This document shows, one piece after another, positions 57,643 to 64,000 of a DNA stretch of 64,000 nt. The stretch comes from a virus. Position 1 is the stretch's first letter. Each line of letters begins with the position of its first letter. The stretch is from IMG/VR virus record IMGVR_UViG_3300032245_000936, positions 48,658 through 112,657 of that record; one strand, written 5' to 3'. The notes under the pieces were generated by a model. The model saw only the letters and a list, made by a program, of their open reading frames with translations, was not told where the DNA came from and ran no database searches. The position numbers were made by a program, and so were the translations under genes.

Positions 57643-58578
57643 ATGAACAAGTATGAAAAGCTAATTGAATATATTGTCAACGGCGAAGAAAACAAAGCCA
57701 AGGCATTGTTCCATGACATCGTTGTGGAAAAAAGTCGTGACATTTATGAATCACTAATGGATCAAGAAGATCCAACAATGGGCGGTAACCCAGTTGAAGG
57801 AATGGTCGACGAAATTACTCAAGACGAAGTAGGCATGCACGAAGACGACGAAGAGTTGTCAGACATGGGTGACGAAATGGACGGCATGGACGACATGGGC
57901 GGTGACGACATGGGCGACATGGATAGCGAAGGCGGCGAAGGCGAACTAGAAGATCGCGTTATGGATCTTGAAGATGCGCTGGACGAGCTAAAAGCTGAAT
58001 TTGATGCTTTAATGGCTGACGAAGAAGGTGAAGAAGAACACCACGATGGTGAACACGATCCTGAATTTGGCGGCGACGACGAAATGATGGAAGCAGCCGA
58101 CGACGAAGAAGACGAAGAGGAAGAAGAAGAAACCACTGAATCACGTCAATACAAATCTTCAGCTGATCAAATCCGCGAGTATGTTGAAAAAGTAAGCGAC
58201 GGTCACGGCGCTGAAAAATCTGGTGCTGGCGAAGGTTCTGAAGTAGGCAAAGGCGGCAGCGCAAGCATTAACAAACAAGGTATCGTAGCTGGTAAAAACG
58301 ACATGGGCGGTTCAACTGCTAATATCGTTAAAGGCGGCAACGAAAGCGCACCAGACGGCACAAGCGCACCAAGCAACAAAACATCTGGTTTGTTGAAAAA
58401 AGGTAGCGACTTGATTGGCAAGGTTGAAAACAGCATTGGAGCAAATGCAGGTAAGAGTGCATTCAAAGCTAAACAACCAGGTCACGGTGCTGAGAAAAAA
58501 GGCGGCGCAGAAGGCAAAGCAGTTGGTCATGACGGTAGCGTCCCGGTCAACAAGCAAAGCATTCTGAAGCGTCAGTAA
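57643..58578 (+). CDS. Highly acidic prohead core/scaffold-like protein
   Basis: Asp/Glu/Met-rich, between portal and protease; AAGGAG RBS; duplicated GHGAEK motif. Confidence 0.7.
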   Translation: MNKYEKLIEYIVNGEENKAKALFHDIVVEKSRDIYESLMDQEDPTMGGNPVEGMVDEITQDEVGMHEDDEELSDMGDEMDGMDDMGGDDMGDMDSEGGEGELEDRVMDLEDALDELKAEFDALMADEEGEEEHHDGEHDPEFGGDDEMMEAADDEEDEEEEEETTESRQYKSSADQIREYVEKVSDGHGAEKSGAGEGSEVGKGGSASINKQGIVAGKNDMGGSTANIVKGGNESAPDGTSAPSNKTSGLLKKGSDLIGKVENSIGANAGKSAFKAKQPGHGAEKKGGAEGKAVGHDGSVPVNKQSILKRQ

Positions 58579-58593
58579 TTAGGCAACAATAAT

Positions 58594-59235
58594 ATGGCTT
58601 TGTACCTAAGAGAGAATTTAACATTCGATGCCGCAAGATTGGAAATCCTCAGTGAGGAAAACAATGACGGCAAAGGTGGTAAGAATCTCTACATGAAAGG
58701 GATATGCATCGAGGGCGGTGTGAAGAACGCTAACCAACGTGTGTATCCTGTTTCTGAAATACAAAATGCTGTATCAACCATCAACGAACAAATCAAAGGT
58801 GGATATTCTGTACTAGGCGAAGTTGATCATCCAGATGATCTAAAAATTAACCTAGATCGCGTATCGCACATGATTACTGACATGTGGATGGATGGACATT
58901 GTGGCTATGGCAAACTAAAGATTCTACCAACACCGATGGGTAACCTAGTTAAGACTATGTTAGAGTCTGGTGTTAAGTTAGGTGTTAGCTCACGTGGCTC
59001 AGGCAACGTAAGCGAAGGCACTGGACATGTTAGTGATTTTGAAATCATCACTGTGGACGTGGTTGCACAACCCTCAGCGCCACATGCGTATCCTAAAGCG
59101 ATTTACGAAGGTCTAATGAACATGCGTCATGGACATCGCGTTTTAGAAAATGCAAAAGAAGTTGGTGAAGACCAGCGTGTGCAAAAGTACTTGAAAGAGC
59201 AGGTAACTCGCTTGATCAAGGACTTAAAACTATAG
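58594..59235 (+). CDS. gp21: Prohead core protease
   Basis: NANQRVYP, LGEVDHP, INLDRVSH, TPMG, GVSSRGSG, DVVAQPSAP. Confidence 0.95.
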   Translation: MALYLRENLTFDAARLEILSEENNDGKGGKNLYMKGICIEGGVKNANQRVYPVSEIQNAVSTINEQIKGGYSVLGEVDHPDDLKINLDRVSHMITDMWMDGHCGYGKLKILPTPMGNLVKTMLESGVKLGVSSRGSGNVSEGTGHVSDFEIITVDVVAQPSAPHAYPKAIYEGLMNMRHGHRVLENAKEVGEDQRVQKYLKEQVTRLIKDLKL

Positions 59236-59245
59236 GAGATAGGTA

Positions 59246-60346
59246 ATGTTTGATGCTATCAAACCATTGTTAGATGCAGGCATCATCAACGAGGACACTC
59301 GTGTTGCTATCAATGAAGCATGGGAAACCAAGCTGAATGAGGCACGCGACGAAATCCGAGCTGAACTGCGTGAGGAATTTGCTCATCGTTATGAGCATGA
59401 TAAATCAGTAATGGTTGAAGCTCTTGACACTATGGTTACCGAAGCCTTGTCTGCCGAACTTAAAGAATTCGCAGATGAAAAACAAGCTCTAGCTGAAGAT
59501 CGTGTGAAATTCAAACGTCACATGACTGAAAGCGCCAACAAGTTTGATAATTTCATGGTTACTAAACTAGCCGAAGAAATCAAAGAACTACGTGCCGATC
59601 GCAAGCAGTATCAAAACTCTATCAAGGGTCTAGAAACATTTGTTATCAAAGCGTTGGCAGAAGAAATTCAAGAGTTTGAACAAGACAAGCAAGCAGTTGT
59701 TGAAGCACGAGTTAAACTTGTTGCTGAAGGCAAAGCTAAACTTGGTGAACTCAAAGCTCAATTTATTGAGAAGAGCGCACGTCTTGTTAAGGAAGCTGTC
59801 GCAACCAAACTTGAGACTGAATTGACACAGCTCAAGGAAGACATTCAAACTGCTCGCGAGAACATGTTTGGTCGTCGCTTGTTTGAAGCTTTTGCTGGTG
59901 AATTTGCTGTTACTCATTTAAATGAGAACAAAGAAATTGCCAAGCTACAAGCTACACTCAGTGCAAAAGAGCAACAACTACAAGAAGCCGTACAACAAGC
60001 AGAAGAAGTTTCTGTGCTTGTGGAAAGCAAAGAAAAAGAGATTCGTATTATCAAGGAATCACAAGATCGCAAGGCAAAACTGAACGATCTATTGAAACCT
60101 CTTAATACAGAGAAAGCCGCAGTAATGCGCGACTTGCTCGAGAGTGTGCAATCTGATAAACTTCAGACTGCATTTGAGAAGTATCTACCAGCCGTATTGA
60201 ACAACGGATCAGTGAAAGTAGCCTCACAAAAGACTATGATTTCTGAAAACCGTAGTGCAGTAACTGGTGATAAGACTGCTAATAAAGTCAGCGTTGAGTC
60301 CGGTGATAATGTAATCGAGATTAAACGTTTAGCAGGGCTAAAGTAA
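59246..60346 (+). CDS. gp22: Prohead core scaffolding protein
   Basis: Long Glu/Lys coiled coil between protease and capsid genes. Confidence 0.8.
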   Translation: MFDAIKPLLDAGIINEDTRVAINEAWETKLNEARDEIRAELREEFAHRYEHDKSVMVEALDTMVTEALSAELKEFADEKQALAEDRVKFKRHMTESANKFDNFMVTKLAEEIKELRADRKQYQNSIKGLETFVIKALAEEIQEFEQDKQAVVEARVKLVAEGKAKLGELKAQFIEKSARLVKEAVATKLETELTQLKEDIQTARENMFGRRLFEAFAGEFAVTHLNENKEIAKLQATLSAKEQQLQEAVQQAEEVSVLVESKEKEIRIIKESQDRKAKLNDLLKPLNTEKAAVMRDLLESVQSDKLQTAFEKYLPAVLNNGSVKVASQKTMISENRSAVTGDKTANKVSVESGDNVIEIKRLAGLK

Positions 60347-60372
60347 ACCCTAAACAGGAAAAGGAAAAAGAA

Positions 60373-61566
60373 ATGACAACCGCACTATTAGAGAGCCGTT
60401 GGGGCGAAACCAAAGATGCCCTGTTAGAAGGCTTAAATGGTTCTAAAAGAACTACAATGGGTGTAATCCTAGAGAACACCCGCAAGTACTTGGCAGAAAG
60501 TGCTTTAGCTAGCACAACTTCTGCAAGTAATGTTGCAACACTTAACCGCGTGATTCTTCCAGTGATTCGCCGTGTTATGCCTACAGTTATTGCAAACGAA
60601 ATCGTTGGTGTTCAGCCAATGACAGGTCCTGTGGCTCAAATCCACACCCTGCGTGTTCGTTATAGCGATAGCGTTGGCGATAGCTCAAGCTATGGTACAC
60701 CAACAACAGCTGGCGACGAAGCATTGTCTCCATTCAAAATTGCTGTTGCGTACTCTGGTGCTACAGTTGGTGGTTCTTCCACTACTGGTAAAGCTAACAG
60801 CACAAGCGCACTAGAAGCAGTTCCTGGCAACCGCATCAACGTTCAAATCTTGAAACAAGTTGTTGAAGCCAAGACACGTAAACTAAGCGCACGTTGGACA
60901 TTTGAAGCTGCTCAAGACGCACAAGCCATGCACGGTTTGGATGTTGAGGCAGAAATCATGGCCGCACTTGCACAAGAAATCACAGTTGAAATTGACCAAG
61001 AAGTGTTAGGTTCCCTACGCTCATTGGCAGCAACTGAGTACACATTTGACCAGGCAGCAGTGTCAGGTACAGCTACATTCGTTGGTGACGAGCATGCCGC
61101 TTTGGCAGTTCTAATCAACCGTACTGCTAACTTGATCGCTCAGCGTACACGTCGTGGCGCTGGTAACTGGGCTGTTGTTAGCTCTGCCGCACTAACAGTG
61201 TTGCAGTCTGCTACTACCAGCGCATTTGCTCGTACTACAGAAGGTACATTCGAAGCTCCTACAAACACCAAGTTTGTTGGTACTTTGAACGGTGCTATGC
61301 GTATCTATGTTGACAGCTATGCTAGCGATAGCCAAGCAGTTCTAGTTGGTTACAAAGGTTCTAGCGAGGCTGATGCAGCCGCGTTCTATTGCCCATACGT
61401 GCCATTGATGAGCTCTGGTGTTATCCTTGACCCAAGCACATTCGAACCAGTCGTAGGCTTTATGACTCGTTACGGATATGTTGAGTTGACAAACACAGCA
61501 TCGTCACTAGGTAACGCAGCCGACTACTTGGGTGAGATTGCTGTAAGCAACCTATCATTCCAGTAA
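60373..61566 (+). CDS. gp23: Major capsid protein
   Basis: GVQPMTGP, VEAKTRKLSARWTFEAAQD, EIDQE, YCPYVPL, GFMTRYG. Confidence 0.97.
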   Translation: MTTALLESRWGETKDALLEGLNGSKRTTMGVILENTRKYLAESALASTTSASNVATLNRVILPVIRRVMPTVIANEIVGVQPMTGPVAQIHTLRVRYSDSVGDSSSYGTPTTAGDEALSPFKIAVAYSGATVGGSSTTGKANSTSALEAVPGNRINVQILKQVVEAKTRKLSARWTFEAAQDAQAMHGLDVEAEIMAALAQEITVEIDQEVLGSLRSLAATEYTFDQAAVSGTATFVGDEHAALAVLINRTANLIAQRTRRGAGNWAVVSSAALTVLQSATTSAFARTTEGTFEAPTNTKFVGTLNGAMRIYVDSYASDSQAVLVGYKGSSEADAAAFYCPYVPLMSSGVILDPSTFEPVVGFMTRYGYVELTNTASSLGNAADYLGEIAVSNLSFQ

Positions 61567-61600
61567 TCAAAAGTTACTTTCTCAGGGATGGGAAGACATT

Positions 61601-61623
61601 AAAGGGCCGCAAGGCCCTTTTTT
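61601..61623 (+). terminator. Intrinsic terminator after the capsid gene
   Basis: AAAGGGCC-GCAA-GGCCCTTT followed by a T run. Confidence 0.85.
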
Positions 61624-61631
61624 GTTGACGT

Positions 61632-61712
61632 AAAAAAAAATACCCGACACATTTCTGTGCCGGGTACATAACTAAACAGGATGTTTTGACACCGTCTGAT
61701 TTGCGTCATAAC
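61632..61712 (-). ncRNA. Candidate ~80-nt small RNA with its own promoter and terminator
   Basis: Minus-strand TTGATT-17 bp-TATAAT (61747-61719), then terminator TACCCGGCACA-GAAA-TGTGTCGGGTA-T9 (61666-61632). Confidence 0.6.
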
Positions 61713-61767
61713 ACAAGTATTATATGACATAAACAGGAAACAATCAAGTTTTCTGATAAATATTTCT

Positions 61768-61822
61768 GTTCGCTCATGAAAGAGAGTTTATGCGGCCCCA
61801 ACCGCGTAGGCCTAGAACGCCA
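61768..61822 (+). promoter_or_regulatory. Structured 5' leader downstream of a late promoter
   Basis: ATAAATA at 61756-61762, then a GTTC...GAAC closing stem enclosing CTC/GAG and TATGCGG/CCGCGTA hairpins, just before the GGAG RBS. Confidence 0.45.
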
Positions 61823-61840
61823 TAACACAAGGAGAAACAA

Positions 61841-62524
61841 ATGGGACGTCCAATTAAAAACAAATATATTAACCCTGAGGGCTCACGTCCAGGTACAGGT
61901 GGTGAAGGTGTAACAGTTACATCTGCTAACGCAAGCCCAACATTTAGCAATCGTGGTCTAGGTTACTACACCGCCAACGTGTCAGCTACTGTTAGCGCAC
62001 CACAATTAACAAACGGTACTACAGCAACAATCAGCACAGTTCACCTGTTTGCCAACGGTGCTGTTAAAGCATTGCAAATTAGCAATGCTGGTTCTGGTTA
62101 TACCACAGCTCCAACAGTTACATTCTTTGGCGCTAACTCAACACCAGCAGCCGCAACAGTGGCAATTGATGTTGCTACAACTACAGGTAACTCAATTTTA
62201 GCCAACTGCTTTTTTACAGGTAGCGGTTCCGGTACACTCACTGCTGACATTTTGAAAGCACGTGGCGCACGTACATTTGTATGTAAAAACGGTGGTACAG
62301 CAGAAACATTGAAACTGATTACTAGCCCAAATAGCAATCCGTACATTGGTGGTACAATGACTATCACTGCTACATTTGCTGATGCTAGTACATTTAACGT
62401 TGCTAAGATTACCAATCGTAAAGTTTACAGTTCAACTGGCAAAGCATACAAGTGGACATTAACCACTGGTAGTGCAGCCAATGTAAGCGCAAGCGATATC
62501 ACAGTTGTTGTTTCTAGTCTATAA
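61841..62524 (+). CDS. Virion structural protein (capsid-decoration/neck-like)
   Basis: Thr/Ala/Gly-rich with NAGSGYTTAPTVT repeats; strong RBS; late promoter. Confidence 0.7.
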   Translation: MGRPIKNKYINPEGSRPGTGGEGVTVTSANASPTFSNRGLGYYTANVSATVSAPQLTNGTTATISTVHLFANGAVKALQISNAGSGYTTAPTVTFFGANSTPAAATVAIDVATTTGNSILANCFFTGSGSGTLTADILKARGARTFVCKNGGTAETLKLITSPNSNPYIGGTMTITATFADASTFNVAKITNRKVYSSTGKAYKWTLTTGSAANVSASDITVVVSSL

Positions 62525-62544
62525 TTAGGCTAGGTTGCAGTTGG

Positions 62545-62576
62545 AAAGAGGGCAGTTCGTCGCCCTCTTTTCTTTT
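62545..62576 (+). terminator. Intrinsic terminator
   Basis: AAAGAGGGC-loop-GCCCTCTTT-TCTTTT. Confidence 0.8.
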
Positions 62577-62617
62577 GAGTAAATGATTCGTATAAATAAA
62601 GCAAACGGCGAGATCCT

Positions 62618-63277
62618 ATGAGCATTGTAAAAAACGTCAGCGGTCCATATACTATTAACACCATCAACCATGATGATCCAATTATTTTGGATTCAAACGT
62701 GGTTATTATCAACGGCAATCTGCAGGTGATTGGTGCTAGCACAAACATAACCAGTACAGACACAGCCATTTATGATAATATAATTACTTTGAATGCTGGC
62801 ATTACAGGAATCCCAACACTAAACGCTGGTGTGCAGGTGGAGCGAGGCAATCAACCTGATGTGGAAGTACGTTGGTATGAAGCACAAAAAGTTTGGCAAA
62901 TTACCAATGATGGCACAAATTATGCCAACATCCAGACTTTCTTGGGATCAGGTGGCGGTGGCACAGGCTACAATATGCAACGCCTGGCCGATGACACAAC
63001 CCCGGGTCTAGGTGGAAATGTTTACACCAATGGATTTGCAATCACTGCCAACGCAGATGTTTATGTTGCTCCAGGAACAACTGGGTTAACATTAGATGGA
63101 AATCTAGTATTAAAGAAATATCTCACTGCGCCAGTGATAACCAATAACTATGTAACTGTACAAGCAAGCAATGCGGCAACTGGCGGCACAGGCTTGTACG
63201 TTACTAATGACGAAGGTACCGTGCAACAAGAACTAATCACCAAAGCTCGTGCCGTGGTATATTCAATCATATTCTAG
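62618..63277 (+). CDS. Virion structural protein
   Basis: INGNLQVIG...DNIITLN...AGVQVERG...W, a fibre-like module; TATAAATA at 62591-62598. Confidence 0.7.
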   Translation: MSIVKNVSGPYTINTINHDDPIILDSNVVIINGNLQVIGASTNITSTDTAIYDNIITLNAGITGIPTLNAGVQVERGNQPDVEVRWYEAQKVWQITNDGTNYANIQTFLGSGGGGTGYNMQRLADDTTPGLGGNVYTNGFAITANADVYVAPGTTGLTLDGNLVLKKYLTAPVITNNYVTVQASNAATGGTGLYVTNDEGTVQQELITKARAVVYSIIF

Positions 63278-63287
63278 GAAATAAAAA

Positions 63288-63596
63288 ATGGCTATAGCTC
63301 ACTCACCAATCAGCACAGTTCCAACCACAGTATATACTGCAGAGGGCAATTCTGCTGTCACTACCATGTATATTTGTAACAGATCACCAATAACTGTTAC
63401 CGCTAATGTGTTTGTGGTACCATACCCAGAATCATTGGATGCCAACAACATTATCTACAGCAACTTGGCAATCGCAAGCAACGATACCTATGTAATGGAC
63501 TTTGAAAGAATTTTATTAAGCAATGCAGATGCGTTGATTATGACATGTAGCTCAGTGAATTCGCTTGTGGCCACTGTCAGTTATGTAGGAATCTAA
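63288..63596 (+). CDS. Small beta-rich virion structural protein
   Basis: AGGA RBS; TTVYT...TTMYICN...VSYV jelly-roll-like pattern. Confidence 0.7.
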   Translation: MAIAHSPISTVPTTVYTAEGNSAVTTMYICNRSPITVTANVFVVPYPESLDANNIIYSNLAIASNDTYVMDFERILLSNADALIMTCSSVNSLVATVSYVGI

Positions 63597-63598
63597 TA

Positions 63599-64000
63599 AT
63601 GGGACGTTTTGTCAACAATACAGAACTGCGACATCTACGTAACCAAGGTTACGCAGTTAGACTACCGCATAGTAATACAGCTACCCGTCCTAGTTCACCA
63701 GTGGCTGGTTTGGTTCGTTTCAATGAAGACACTGGTTATATTGAAGCATACTATAACAATCAGTGGAACAATTTGGCCAAAGAAGGCACTGTTACAATCA
63801 AAAAAGACAGTAACGATGCCGCAGCCAAAACAGGAGTTACACTGGAGTCAGCTGACGGAATTCGAACAACGTTTACCATGGGCTATAGCTATACCAGTGG
63901 ACAAGAAGCTCAGGTAATTGTTTATGTAGGAAACGTTTATCAAAATCCAACAGTTGCGTACACATTTAACGGTACCACAACTATTACATTTACATCACCA
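63599..64000 (+). CDS. Virion structural protein (partial); not in the ORF track
   Basis: Manual translation MGRFVNN...LPHSNTATRPSSPVAGLVRFNEDTGYIEAY...DGIRTTF...VYVGNVYQNP; open to the window end. Confidence 0.8.
   Translation, partial: MGRFVNNTELRHLRNQGYAVRLPHSNTATRPSSPVAGLVRFNEDTGYIEAYYNNQWNNLAKEGTVTIKKDSNDAAAKTGVTLESADGIRTTFTMGYSYTSGQEAQVIVYVGNVYQNPTVAYTFNGTTTITFTSP

Noticed and set aside
61583-61708. ~41-codon minus-strand ORF in the sRNA region
   Set aside because: It would have to read through a strong U9 terminator and has no RBS.
63609-63917. 102-aa ORF in the track
   Set aside because: Out-of-frame shadow of the real gene starting at 63599.
1-64000. CRISPR arrays, tRNAs, integrase/transposase, inteins, stop-codon reassignment
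   Set aside because: None seen by eye. Long ORFs are intact under the standard code and end in all three stop codons.

Overview
A 64-kb segment of a large T4-like (myovirus-type) bacteriophage genome. 1-9526 (minus strand) is a tightly coupled, AT-rich accessory operon with at least seven radical-SAM enzymes (two with SPASM-type Cys tails), two GT-B-like proteins, a truncated UDP-glucose dehydrogenase and a small Cys-rich protein that ends in a Peptidase-S74 self-cleaving chaperone. 9595-46753 (minus) is a tail-fibre/baseplate block with two paralogous fibres, a 6226-aa giant protein and gp6-, gp25-, gp5-, gp27-, gp53- and tube-initiator-like genes. 46823-51002 (plus) holds a gp55 late sigma factor, the gp47/gp46 nuclease pair and a small Lys-rich GIY-YIG-like protein, followed at once by a ~470-nt region dense in hairpins (candidate large ncRNA). 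Next come a gp26-like tail chaperone with a -1 frameshift extension (minus), then tape measure, portal, prohead core/protease/scaffold, major capsid and further structural genes (plus). T4-type late promoters (TAAATA core) precede many structural units. Best candidates for undescribed biology: (i) the radical-SAM/glycosylation operon with a Cys-rich autocleaving candidate substrate, (ii) the GIY-YIG + large structured RNA pair, (iii) a sigma70-driven ~80-nt sRNA complementary to the capsid leader, (iv) overlap of the gp55 promoter with a late promoter. All assignments come from motif recognition by eye; no database searches or folding programs were run.
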